NCBI GenBank assembly: GCA_951406725.2 | Contig: OX597835.1 | Coordinates: 18,166,001 to 18,230,000 of the forward strand | Source of the DNA: Octopus vulgaris | Lineage: Eukaryota | Reading direction: 5' to 3' | Length of the DNA stretch: 64,000 bases | Part shown: piece by piece, positions 26,723 to 40,660 of the stretch | Layout of the letters: each line of letters opens with the position of its first letter | Position numbering within the stretch: position 1 is the stretch's first letter | The notes under the pieces: generated by a model | Told to the model about the DNA's origin: nothing | Databases searched by the model: none | The model's input: the letters and a program-made list of their open reading frames with translations, nothing else | Program-made: the position numbers and the translations under genes

Positions 26723-26935
26723 TTTTCTACTATTGGCACAAGGCCTGAAATTACGTGAGAGGCGGGTAGTCAATTACATCAACCCCAGTGCTCCACTCGT
26801 TCTTATTTCATCGACGCCGAAAGGATGGAAGGCAAAGTCGATCCGACCGGGATTTGAACTCAGAATGTAGCGATGAGCGAAATACCACTAAGCATTTTGT
26901 CCAGCGTACTAACAATTAAGCCAGCTTGCCGCCCT
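26723..26935 (-). mobile_element. SINE family A (tail 1)
   Basis: ggcacaaggcctgaaatt...gaaaggatggaaggcaaagtcga...gccagcttgccgcc. Confidence 0.8.
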
Positions 26936-26962
26936 AATAAGAATGATATTTATTTTATTTAT

Positions 26963-27060
26963 GCGCCCTTTTCAAGTCTAGCCAGGCTCATGGGCCCGGT
27001 TTCCCGGTTTCTGTGGCGTATGTGTTCTCCCAGCTGGATGGGACGCCAGTCCATCGCAGC
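26963..27060 (-). mobile_element. SINE 3' fragment related to tail B3
   Basis: Reverse complement gctgcgatggactggcgtcccatccagc...gaaaccgggaaaccgggcccatgagcc matches 42385-42465. Confidence 0.7.
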
Positions 27061-27109
27061 ACTACTCAAGAAACAGGAAGAAAGTGAAATTTTTGAAAAC
27101 ATTATATCC

Positions 27110-27171
<62 letters not shown>

Positions 27172-27230
27172 ATAGTAGTATTAGTGTATATATATATATA
27201 TATCTAAATATATATATATATATATATATA

Positions 27231-27420
27231 ACGGGAAGCTTTATGAAAATAAACAAAAGACGAAGGCAGGTGGAATACAAACAAACAATTGTATTAGTAT
27301 GGCGCTCAGGAATATAAATAAAACAAGTCTTTTACGTTTCGAGCCTACGCTCTTCAACAGAAAGATACACTGAAAAGAAACACGAAGAGAAACAAGGAGA
27401 GAAAAAAAATGCGTGCAGAA
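27231..27420 (-). mobile_element. (TA)n-adjacent element with a minimal hammerhead-like motif at 27328-27365
   Basis: Homologous to 46300-46451 (+); minus strand TCTTT-CTGTTGA-A-GAGC[GTAG]GCTC-GAA-ACGT-A-AAAGA. Confidence 0.6.
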
Positions 27421-28498
27421 GCTAGCGAAGAATGAGAAAAAACTCCAAGGCCAGGTTTTCTCTTTGCGGGTAAAACAATTAATACGACGCACCAGTTTGC
27501 TACCATAAGGAAATTTTGGGCAAGTGTGGAAAAGTACGTGGGAACAAAAGTAGACATGCCCACCACCAAAGATAATCGTCTGTGCAAAGCTACCCATGTT
27601 TGAGAAGAGACTATTCTTCCTTTGGATCTATATAGACCTCATAGTATTTCGAAATAGCCAACAGTTATACCAGCTATATAACGAAAGGAAATTTAAATGT
27701 CGAGATTGATAAGTCTGGTGGCTGTAAAAGCGATAGGCAACTGGAAAGTAAATGTAAACAAACTGACAAGACACTGATCACTGATTTTACTTGATATCGT
27801 AAGCAGTTGTTTGCAGAAGCCGTCGTTGACAAAAGAGATGCTTGTATGTTTCAAATAGTGCTGCTCCCAAAGGAATTGTCTTAAGTATTCTCGTCTTTTC
27901 ACCGATTCATTTATAAATACTGTTGTCTTATTCTTATTTTATATGCTGTGTTTGAGACGACTATACTATGCTTCTAGATTTGTTTAGTTAGGAGAGAGGC
28001 GGGCTTGGATATTGTGAAACGAATCATATAAAGAGACAGTGGTAAAGAATATAAAATGTAACACAAAAATTTCTCGAGTACGTGTTGCCGCAACTGGATT
28101 CCTCAGAAAGGCATCGGGAGTAACGTTACTCGAAAGGGTTCGTAGCTCAAAGATTAAAGAGTGTCTCCAAATCCAAATGCAACTTTTCCGCATTGCTAGT
28201 TCATAGTTACGGTACCACAAACTTGTGAGTGAAATGTCGCAGGAGATAACCGCAAGGTGGACTCATCTAACAGAGCCAATCAGATAATATCTATACTTTC
28301 AGTTGATCATGCTTGACAATCAGGCAGCAAAGACTAGTGGCAGTTGCTACTGAAAGTACCGTATGGGTGAAGTGCCTTAGGATTGTAACCCAACGACCCT
28401 CCCAGGGTTAGAGGGCTGAGAAGATAAATGGAAGAATCAAAAATGTTTCTTTACTGTCATTTCTGTATTGGGCGACGCAAACTATATCTCTTTCTCGC

Positions 28499-29058
<560 letters not shown>

Positions 29059-30009
29059 TATAATTTCAAAGAACTGACAAAGTGGTTAAGTCAGCATTGA
29101 CTGTTGCTATCCAAAATATTTCCATTAATTATGTATAGATAGATGCATTATCGTAATGACAGCAATGTGATATATATTGGAATGAGAGAAAACTATGAAC
29201 TTTAAATTCCTTGAAACGGGATCTAGATCATAAAATGTGAATGGACCGGTATAGTTGCGGCTGACGGTACTCGCTCCGATACAATTTATGGTTGAATGGA
29301 TTTACGGTATGTATTTAAGAAAATAATACATCAGTGACATTAATTTCGTGAAGATTGGTGAAATATTAATTCTTCGTTAGCGTATACAACAATAATTAAG
29401 CGATGATAATTATGTAAATTGATTTCACAGCAAATATATTATTACATTTTTTTTTATTAAAAATAATGGAGAAAACACATTAAATTGAAATTCACGTGTA
29501 ATTTTACTCTATTATTCTCAATGTGGGAAATATATATTACAATAATACAGAAGCAGAAAATTACGTGGGGGTGGTCATGAAAGGAAGAAAGAGAAAGTAA
29601 GAAAAATTGTTTTTAGAGAAACAAATTGTATATTCATAGAAATCAGTTGTCAGAAGAGATGTTATATCGACTCCCAACAAATAGATTGCCGCTCTGTAAT
29701 TTTGCTGAAGGGTTTATATGTGTTAACAAACAAAGAAAAACCAAAATCAAAGATATAGTATTGTAGCTTATAAGGTAGCGTTAAGACAATTACATACGCT
29801 CGCTTGATAGTTTGATAGAGAGATATAGATATATACCTCAGTCTATCGATAAATATGTATGTGTATGTATATATGTATACATGTGTATGTATATATATAT
29901 ATATATGTATATATATAAATATATATGTAATTTATATATATATGTATATATCTGTGTGTGTGTGTGCGTGTGTGCGTGTGTGTGTATGTATGTATATGTG
30001 TACATTTGT

Positions 30010-30046
<37 letters not shown>

Positions 30047-30242
30047 AAACTGTCACATACGAAACTCGGTACAGGTTGTTGATTTTTGCTTTAATAAAGT
30101 CCTAAATACTCCCAATATATTGTTTAATATATCTATTCGACGAACAAGAACTGAATCTCTGAGTAACAGTTTAGTAATATTTTTACTGCTTTTTAATATA
30201 CATGTATATATATTTATATACATATGTGTCTGTGTGTTATTG

Positions 30243-30296
<54 letters not shown>

Positions 30297-30833
30297 TTTG
30301 TGGGTGTCTATATAACGTCATCTCATCTCAGCAGTCTGTAGGCTAAACGCCACGCTGCTTCCAAATGATGAACTTCAGTATTTAACCAACAGCTGAGACA
30401 GTCTCATTTCTAACAAGCAGAACACACTGTGATTCAGTTTCCATCTCAACCGATGACCTCATTTCTTTGTAATCTAAATTTATCAGTGAACTGATTTTTT
30501 TAAAAAACTTTTTTCACATTGTTGAACGACGCTTCTCTTGAATCGCTGTTGGCAAAAGAGCGTGACATTTTCTATCTTAACCTTTCTTAATATTGAATGA
30601 TTTGTTAGATTTGCGCTCGCATTTTTCTATATCTATACCTACAGAAGCGCATTTGAAATAATAATGTTTTTTGTTTAAGAGACCTAATGAAGCGTGGTTC
30701 GACATATAAAATTTCTCTAGTGTTTCACTTGTTGTAGTCGTGAGATTGTGGCCATACGAGGCGCAGAACCATGAAGTTTATAGTCAAACAAATCGACACA
30801 ACTACTTATATGTGTCTGTGTGTGTGTGTGCGT

Positions 30834-31128
30834 GGAGGCGCAATAGCCAAGTGGTTAGGGCGGCGGACTCGTGGTTTTGATTCCCAGACCATGCTTTGTG
30901 AGCGTTTATTGAGCGAAAACACCTTAAACATCCACGAGGGCAAAGCAGGAGGTATTCCGGAACCCTAATATACTATTTCACCGCAACATTCTCTCACTCC
31001 TTCTTCCTGTTTCTGTTGTGCCTGTATTTTAAAGGGCCAGCTTTGTCACACTCTGTGTGACGCTGAATCTCCTCGAGAACTACGTTAGGAGTACACTTGT
31101 CTGGAGTGCTCAGCCACTGGAACGTTAA
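30834..31128 (+). mobile_element. SINE family B, tail B1, diverged and 3'-truncated
   Basis: Aligns by eye to 14341-14650. Confidence 0.8.
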
Positions 31129-31411
31129 TAGATGATCTATCATGTCACAGGTGTCACAGAAAATCTCCCAGATAGCTATATGTGTGCGTGTGTGTATGCA
31201 TGTATGTATGTATGCATGTATGTATCTATGTAGCTATCTATGTATCTATGTATCTATGTATCTATCTATTGATCACGAACTAGTTTCGTTGTTACCACTT
31301 CCGTAATCATTTACGTTCGCTAAATTTTCTAGACAATATTCCTATCTTAGTGGTAAGACCATGGAGGTCGACTTCTAGCATAGTGTATGTCCACTTAGTG
31401 GTCATCCCTCT

Positions 31412-31481
<70 letters not shown>

Positions 31482-32112
31482 CGTGCGTGCGTGTGTGTGT
31501 GTGTGTGTGTATGTGTGTGTGTGTGTATTTGGTCTCTGTATTTGGTTTGTAGGATAGTTTGGGAACTGAAGTCTTGGAACAAGTTTAGTTGTGTCTAGTT
31601 AGAGTCATTAGGCCAATCATACGAAATAGATATCGGAAGGTAGATTAATTCAAAATAAATATAAATTATATTTCGCTTATTGCCAGCCATTCCATACTCT
31701 TGAGCGAACTGTCATGCTTCATACTATTTCGGGTAAGCATCGGCGTGGAAAACAATTTTGGCAGAAAGGATGATCGACAACAACTGCTGTATAGGCAGAG
31801 CATTCACAACCTTCTGGAAGGTGCCCAAAAATTATGAGAATTGAAAACCCTACCCGAGAAAGTCAACAGGGAACAACATAAGCACACACAGACGCACGCA
31901 TGCACAAACGCGCATACACAGGCATGCAAACAACACACGCACACATATATGCACATACACACATATATGTATATATTGTATATACTTATATATATATATA
32001 TATATATATGTAAAAACATATCAGTATGTATATAAAGTATGCACGTATGTATCTGTGTATCTGTGTCGGCATACCTATAACGCATATATATATATATTCT
32101 TATATTCTTGTA

Positions 32113-32532
32113 ATGATTTAGTCATTTGACTGCGGCCACCCGGGTGCACTGCCTTTAGTCGAACGGATCGACCCGAGGATTAATTCTTTGTCAGCTTAGT
32201 ACTTATTCTATCGCTCTATTTTGCCGAACCGCTAGGTTACGGGGACGTAAACGCACCGACGACGGTTTTCAATCGCTGGTTGAGGAACAAAAACAGACAC
32301 ACAAACATATAGATATACATATATACACAGACACTGACACACACGCACACAAATATATATATATATAGACATATTTGATGGGCTTCTTCCAGTTTCCTTC
32401 TACCAAATCTACTCATAATGGTTTGGTCCAACCTAGAATATATCAGAAGACAGTTGCCCAAGTTGCCACACAGTGGTACTGAACCCAGAACCATGTGGTT
32501 GGTGAGTTTCTTACCACACAGTGGCTCCTGCA

Positions 32533-32534
<2 letters not shown>
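32113..32534 (-). mobile_element. SINE family C
   Basis: Aligns by eye to 28499-28900. Confidence 0.85.
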
Positions 32535-32581
<47 letters not shown>

Positions 32582-33189
32582 GTATATTATTTTAAAATAG
32601 GATAAAACCTTCATAAGAATTTATCAAGTAGCTAGCGTGAAAAAAACCTTAAAAGAGAAAAAATCCATGAATTTTTTCACTTGAATATATTTATTTGTAT
32701 TATATACAGGGCATTATTACACATAAATTCCACGAATCTGGAGGGACTCTTAAAGTCAAAACTACACGCTAGGAGGGACTCTTAAAGCATACCATTACAG
32801 TGATTACGAAATCACAGGTGATATGCAGCTGAATTCTGCTTTTAAATGACGTGCTTCGAGAGTTTTCTTGAAGAGTGGCCATTTGTTTAGGGTTTCATTT
32901 GTGAAATGCGCAAATATAATGTGGTTAACGATTTTGATAACCAGTGAGACCATAGAACTAATATTATTAGAACATCCCATGAATTATACTTGTAATCATT
33001 TTCTGAATATGTAAAGAGACTTTATGGACACCCTGTACATAAAACAAATATACAAATCTGCATATATGCATACTTTTGAAAATACCCTGCTGATGTTGTT
33101 GAAATTCCAATGAAAGCGACTTGGATCTGGATTACAATTTGGCTCTTTCTCTATTGGCAAGAAATCTTTAAATAAAAATTTATGCATAC

Positions 33190-33251
<62 letters not shown>

Positions 33252-33906
33252 GCATATATATGTTTCCTAGGGCTGTCAACTCCAAAATATTTTGGCAATT
33301 TGGAGCAGTTTTGTAGGATTCTGCCTGTACATCGACTATTACCCAGGCTGTTTCCAATGCCAATGTTTACCCAAAATGACACGAAGCATGACGATTTACA
33401 CAAGTCTATGCAATAGCTGGCATTAAGTGAAATATAATTTATGTATATTTTGAATTAATTCAACTTCCGAAATCCATTTCGCATGATTAAAGCAGCTTGA
33501 TATCATCGAATAGAATTTTCTTATGTAGATTTGAGGAGATATACATGAATACGGGATGATGAATACAAAATCTGCGTGAAATAAAAGCCAGATATCGTAA
33601 TACAAGATACAGAATACGTGCTGTAACTTCTACAAGTCATAATCCTGTAAATTTCTGACACATTCAATCGCAGTTTGTTAGAAAAGCCTTTTACCCTTTC
33701 TCGCTTATTGCTAGACATAACAGTAAAGGAACGTGATGTACAGGCGTAAATCAAGTTTAATACAGAGGTACTGTTACCATTAACCTGAGGCTAAACTGGA
33801 ACAGAGAAAACAACAGTATAATTTACTATTGGAGCTATATTGAATGTCTATGTACATTTGAATGTAAGTATGTACATATGTATGTGTCTGCATGCCTGTT
33901 TGTTTG

Positions 33907-33993
<87 letters not shown>

Positions 33994-34102
33994 GTGTCTT
34001 TATCTATGTATCTATCTATCTATCTATCTATCTACCTTTCTTTCTGTGTCTCTATCTATCTATCTATCTATACTTTTCTCTGTATCAATATATATATATA
34101 TA

Positions 34103-34240
34103 TGGCTGAAGGAGTGGCTGTGTCGTAAGTAACTTGCTTACCAACCACATGGTTCGGTGTTCAGTCCTACTGCGTGACACCTTGGACAAGCCTTTTGAGT
34201 GGATTTGGTAGATGGAAACCGAAAGAAGCCCGTCGTATAG
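34103..34240 (+). mobile_element. SINE family C, 5' part with internal deletion
   Basis: ggagtggctgtgtcgtaagt...ggaaaccgaaagaagcccgtcgtata. Confidence 0.8.
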
Positions 34241-34288
34241 CTTACTTTATCCTGAAGCAAAACCTTAACATCCCCATTCACTCTATCC

Positions 34289-34406
<118 letters not shown>

Positions 34407-35164
34407 CTACTGAAATAATCTGAGTAATGTATGTATCAGTGTTGCTGAAAACTAATATTTGCTTCAGGCCTCAAATTGGTACTATGTATGTCGTGAAATC
34501 TTCTGCCTGATTTATATTCTGAACGTTTTCATCAATATCAACCGTCGTTCTCTCTGTCAAAAATAAGCTTATTTAAAACTGAATATGAGAGGAGAAAACT
34601 AACGAAAATATATGTAAGAAAATTATACTTATTTTACCTAGGAAATTGATGGATCACCATGTCATTTAATGCACAGGAAGTTCGAAAAAATATAAAGCAA
34701 AACTGGATGTAGTCGAAATGAAAATTTTGTGACTGGAATATGAAATATTAAAAAATATATTGAAGAGATTTTAAGCTTTATTTTTTTTAACACTGCAGGC
34801 GACTAACAATTCTATGAAAACTACACAAAAGACACTGATGCTACGTGTGTGTGTGATACATGGTCTGTGCATGTGGGAATATGAGGGAGGGGAGGCATAG
34901 ATAGGTAGATATGAGAGCTGGAGATATGATTTGTTAGTCTACCAAGTGAACATGGATTTGTGTATTGAATAAGAAATAATAAGAGTGATACTCCATTCGC
35001 TTTCTCTTACACTAATTGAATTCCCGCTGTGCTGCAGCAATAATTTCAATGAACAAATCTATCTCAACGCTTGTTTTTTTGTCTTGTTTTAATTTCAAGT
35101 TTGGTGCTAATTCTCTCGGACTATTTACACGTCACTAATTTATGGGAGTGTAATCCATACTATG

Positions 35165-35457
35165 AGGAGACACATGGCCTTGTGGTTAGATCAGCGGACT
35201 CGCGGGTTCGAATCTCAGACCGGGCGATGCGTGTGTTTATGAGCGAAAAAACCTAAGCTCCTCGCGGTTCCGGCACAAGGTAATGGGGACATCTGCTGCC
35301 TCTTATGCCACAACTTTCCCCTTCTCTTTCCTCCTGCATCGATTATGAAAGGATGAAAAGCTTAGTCGACTCAGCGAAATTTGAGCTCAGAACTTAAGGA
35401 CGGTCAAAATGCCGCTATACATTTTTGCCTGTCTTGTTAACGATTGGCCAGCTCGCC
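35165..35457. mobile_element. SINE B head (+, 35165-35340) abutting a SINE A fragment (-, 35345-35457)
   Basis: Matches 42186-42372 and the family A head respectively. Confidence 0.7.
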
Positions 35458-35686
35458 AATAATAATAATGCACTACGGTGTCAGCTGTTCACTACCAGAG
35501 AACTAAGGTAACACCTCTTATTTTTCGAGCTCATTCCGAAGTATTCGAGCGATTCCAAGCTGTGCTGTTTTCTGCAAGTGCTCCACCCTTTTTGTTCGAC
35601 GAATTTCTCGAGATTTTTGCTCGCTTTTCCCAGGGCTCCTACAATTATATCCTCCTCCTCCACCACCTCCTCCTCCTTCTTCTTCG

Positions 35687-35717
<31 letters not shown>

Positions 35718-35737
35718 TAATAATAATAATAATAATA

Positions 35738-35801
<64 letters not shown>

Positions 35802-35802
<1 letters not shown>

Positions 35803-36318
35803 GTGAGAGAGCCATGCATGCCATATATGCCCATAATGACTACCTGTCTGTGAAGGGTACACTAGGCACATGCATCACAAACATATGTGCGCGACATGGT
35901 GATCTCATATCAAGATAAACAGCACATGACCTTGCATGTGTGGCCCAGTTAGAATTTTCTTCTGGTCGAGTAGCCCAACCCACTCAAAAGGTCCCTGAAT
36001 AAGGGTTGTTTAAGGATGTTGAACGAAACACCCGTGTTTCCAAATGTGAATTATTCAAACCCCTAAGAATCCCTCTCAACACATGGCTATGATGCACACC
36101 CAAAAACAGCTCGTGATCAGAGATGCACATATCGTCAGCCACTAAGGGACATGCTCAACTGGTTAAGGTCAAACAAGTGACAAGCAAATCTGTGATATTG
36201 AGCAGAATATTTGCTGTAGCTCATCTTTTATACCAAGACAAAACAATGTACATGATAACACTTTCAATCAGTTAAGATCAGAAACCATGAGGGCCACTGC
36301 CTGGTACTGCATCAGGGT
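35802..36318. mobile_element. Unclassified dispersed repeat family D, next to (ATT)n
   Basis: Its right end recurs at 3745-3805; the adjacent (ATT)n may be an (AAT)n retroposon tail on the minus strand. Confidence 0.5.
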
Positions 36319-36513
36319 ATTGTTATAAAATAAGTACCAGTTATGTACTGATGTCGATATAAACGTCTCGCCCTCTCATCCGAAATTGCTCGCTTTGTGC
36401 CTAAATTTTAAACCATTATTGTTATAATGATGATGATAATAATAATAATGATGATGATGATGATGATGATAATAATAATAATGATGATGATGATGATGAT
36501 GATAATAAAAATA

Positions 36514-36609
<96 letters not shown>

Positions 36610-36687
36610 GCCTACCAATTATACTATGAGTTTCTTTGCCCTAGGAGTCGGGAAGACACTCGGCAAGAAATGGAAGCAAATTTGAAA

Positions 36688-36740
<53 letters not shown>

Positions 36741-37964
36741 TATTATTATTATTACTACTACTATTGTGATGACGCTAATTATAAAGAAAATGATGATAAG
36801 GTGATTGAGAAGGAAATGGAAGTGTATCAACGGGAAGCTGGCGCTGGTGGTGTTGATGCTACCACAGTCGTTGCCGCTGACAATGGTCCTGATGGCGACG
36901 ACGGCGACGTCATAGACGATGACGATTATGGCAATGTTGAAGACGATTCTATTTAGTGCAGCTGTGATATACAATCGCCTTATTCTGGCACAGAAATGAT
37001 TAATAAGCGCATTGCTAATCAAGCTCACTTCAGGTATTGTAACCCTGATTAGGTTCTTATCATCCATGACATTGCTATAGTCGAATAAACTGATTCTTTT
37101 ACTCCTCGGCACCTCTTTCGTCTCTCTATCTCTGTCTCTGTCTCTCTCTTTCTCTCTTTCTCTCTCTCTCCCCCCTCTCTCTCTGTGTTACTCCCGTTCT
37201 CTTTCACCCTCTCTCGCAAGCTCTTTTTCTGTCTATCGATCACCGCCGTCTCTCGTCTTTGCTCTTCTGATTATATCGATATTAGATCGAGAGCAATCAT
37301 TGTAAGCAATGTTAACAGAGTCATCACAATACATATGAGCTTCCAATGGAATTAGATCTAATTCCTTACATACAATCACACACACAAGCACAAACACAAA
37401 CTAACGCAGACACAATACACGCACACATTAATACACATACATACAAGAAAGCAGACACAATAACGCCGACACACGGGATACTCACTTCACCGTTAAAAGC
37501 TTCAATCAGCCATTATCGCTTTTCCCACTGCGCAGTGAAATTGTATTACTTGTACATCTCCATTGCTTATGGTTTCCTATTTCTTTTCCGTTACGTAATT
37601 CATGTTGAAATGATGCAATCCATCTCACCATCTTTTTGCTAATCCGTTGGCATCATCTGCTTCTTATTCAATCTCATCCAGTATTTTCCGTTACTAGCCG
37701 TGTGTAACTGTTGCCAATCATCACCTGGACGTGTCTCCCCCAATTCTATTCCAACAATTTAATAAATTTGTCAATATTATTTAGTTTTAGTTTATAATCA
37801 TATACACTGCATTGCTTTATAGCCTACCAATGTTAATAATACATAAAGCATTCATGAGTGTATTATCTGTTCTCTATTCCAATTCGTATTTCGCTTTCTC
37901 TCTCTATATAACCACTTTTTCGCAGAATACCATTCTCTTTTTCAGGATATACTAAAACACATTA

Positions 37965-38395
37965 AGTCGGCGTGAAGGTAGAGGCGTTAGCACGCTGGAA
38001 GAATTGCGTAACGATATTTCTTCCGTCTAAGGCGGCGAGTTGGCAGAAACGTTAGCACGCCGGGCGAAAATGCATAGCCGTATTTCGTCTGCCGTTACGT
38101 TCTGAGTTAAAATTCCGCCGAGGTCGACTTTGCCTTTCACCCTTTCGGGGTCGATTAAATATGTACCAGTTACGCACTGGGGTCGATCTAATCGACTTAA
38201 TCTGTTTGTCTGTCATTGTTTGTCCCTTCTCTGTGTAGCCCCTTGTGGGCAGTAAAGAAATAAGATATCTCTTGCGTCTGTAGTTTCTGTCGATGTCGAC
38301 TTTTCCTCCTATCCTTTCGAGTCGGAGAAAACAAGTACCAGTAATGTAATCGGCCATGCTTCAAACTGATGGCCTTCTGCCAAACTTTGAATCCA
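37965..38395 (+). mobile_element. Young SINE A (38029-38262) nested in an older SINE A
   Basis: TSD gatatttcttccgtct (38013-38028) / gatatctcttgcgtct (38264-38279); old head upstream, old body and tail downstream. Confidence 0.85.
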
Positions 38396-38762
38396 CTGTA
38401 CTGATATATATTCATAATCAGTTATTCCGACAATAATTGCAGAATAAAACAACTATTTCTGGGGCAAACAGCCACATTCACTAAACAATTTTTCAGCTTC
38501 TTTGATAATTCTCTTTTAGCTACCTTCTACTATAATCCTTCGTATTTCAAAGAGATATTCTGCATTCCAGAGCAACACCACAAATCCATCATCAATGCAC
38601 AATGTGCAAAGGTAGTCATTCATACTGCATACCTTTATTCCCTGTTTACACAGCATGCACCACCTTCCAAGGCAATTCATAACAGAGCTCACAACGCGAC
38701 TTTGCATAAAAAATCACTTTGCCAGGACCAGCTTACGTCGTATGCTATATATTATATGTTCA

Positions 38763-39358
38763 AATGCGGCGAGCTGGCAGAAACGTTAGCCCATCCGGCG
38801 AAATGCGTAGCCGTATTTCGTCTGCCGTTACGTTCTGAGTTCAAATACCGCCGAGGTCGACTTTACCTTTCATCCTTTCGGGGTCGATTAAATAAGTACC
38901 AGCTACGCACTGGGGTCGATGTAATCGACTTAATCCGTGTGTCTCTCCTTGTTTGTCCTCCATGTGTTTAACCCCTTCTGGGTAATAAAGAAACAGGTAT
39001 TTCGTCTGCCTTTACGTTCTGTGTTCAAATTCAGCCGAGGTAGACTTTGCCTTTCATCCTGTCTGAGTCAATAAATTAAGTACCAGTTATGCACTGGGTC
39101 GATCAAATCGACTTAATGCCTTTGTCTGTCCTTGTTTGTCTCCTCTAAGTTTAGCCCCTTGTGGGCAATAAAGAAATAAGAAACGTTATTACGTCGGGCG
39201 AAATGCTCAATTGGCCACAAGGGGCTAAACATAGAGGGGACAAACAAGGACACACAAAGGGATTAAGCCGATTATATCGACTCCACTGCATAACTGGTTC
39301 TTAATTTATCGACTACGAAAGGATGAAAGGCAAAGTCTACCTTGGCGGAATTTGGACT
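38763..39358. mobile_element. SINE A tandem multimer (+, 38763-39208) followed by an inverted copy (-, 39211-39358)
   Basis: Junctions AAAGAAACA|GGTATTTCG (~38996) and AAAGAAATA|AGAAACGTT (~39178). Confidence 0.85.
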
Positions 39359-39479
39359 ATTTTGAACAACACAGACACACCTATATATATTAATATTTAG
39401 TAGAAGGAACAGAGTGAGTCAAAGACCGTGAGTTTTGTATGTTGTCACTTATCAAACTAGTCACCTCATATCTCATATA

Positions 39480-39554
<75 letters not shown>

Positions 39555-39640
39555 TTGTGTGTATTTGTGTGTGTGTGTGCGAATCTTGTGGGGTTCTTTT
39601 TGGTATGTGTGTATGTGTATATATATATATATCAATAATA

Positions 39641-39822
39641 TAGGGTGAAATTAATTAATTAATTTAGAAATAATCATTAATTTCACCAAGTAGAGTTCGG
39701 TATGTAAAAGACCCATTCAAGGAAGGTTTAAGTAATACTAAAGAATAGCCAAAACTTTTTGACTGCTATTTCTAAATTCGGTATGTGGTGAGGCAAATCG
39801 TTGCTGAACCCTTAATTAATTA
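39641..39822. mobile_element. (TA)n-embedded element of the 8307 family with inverted second half
   Basis: 39763-39815 is the reverse complement of 8407-8463. Confidence 0.6.
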
Positions 39823-40142
39823 GTATATATATATATAAATATATATGTGATAGTGTATGTGCGTACTCGATGACACGCACTGCGTTTCTTCTTTTTTTCT
39901 GTTTTCTCTCTTTATATCTTTTCTTATGTCCCTATGTATTTGCTTTGTGAACGACACAACGGGCAAACTCTGACTTATCCACGTTTCATTATTATGTTGC
40001 ATTCTAGAACAAACCAGAGAGAAACGTATTTATTTATCAACAGCTGTATAAACTCACAGGCGTTCAAGCTGCGAATAGTTTCGTAAGTTCCAATGCACGA
40101 AACTGTCGGACATTAAGTCACTCAGTTATTCTGGTAAATATG

Positions 40143-40660
40143 TATTTCTTTATTGCTCACGGGGGACTAAACACAGATGGGAAAAAAACAAGGACAGACA
40201 AAGGAATCAAGTCGATTACATCAACCCCAGTGCGTAACTGGTACTATTTAATCGACAACGAAAGGATGAAAGGCAAAGTCGACAAATTCCACCGAGGTCG
40301 ACTTTGCCTTTCATCATTTCCATGTCGACAAATTAAGTACCAGTTGCGTACCGGGGTCGATCAAATCGATTGGCCCCTCCCCCCAAAATTTCTTTATTGC
40401 TCACAGGGGACTAAACACAGATGGGAACAATCAAGGACAGACAAAGGAATCAAGTCGATTACATCAACCACAGTGCGTAACTGGTACTATTTAATCGACA
40501 ACGAAAGGATGAAAGGCAAAGTCGACGAATTCCACCGAGGTCGACTTTGCCTTTCATCATTTCCGTGTCGATAAATTAAGTACCAGTTGCGTACTAGGGT
40601 CGATCAAATCGACTTGCCCCTCCCCCAAAAATTTCGGGCCTTGTGCCTAGAGTCGAAAAC
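40143..40660. mobile_element. Tandemly duplicated hairpin of two headless SINE A bodies
   Basis: Unit = inverted body+tail2 joined to forward body+tail1, repeated with ~240 bp period. Confidence 0.85.

Noticed and set aside
27500-27550. GNFGQVWKSTW resembling a tyrosine-kinase Gly-rich loop
   Set aside because: In-frame stops lie on both sides with no splice signals or further kinase motifs; another frame (RKFWASVEKYV) looks more like a decayed LINE end.
33015-33038. Lone Tc1/mariner-like TIR (another at ~19790-19813)
   Set aside because: No partner end or coding remnant could be tied to either.
40143-40660. CRISPR-like or other prokaryotic repeat array
   Set aside because: The repeats are SINE fragments without unique spacers; the context is eukaryotic and there are no cas genes.
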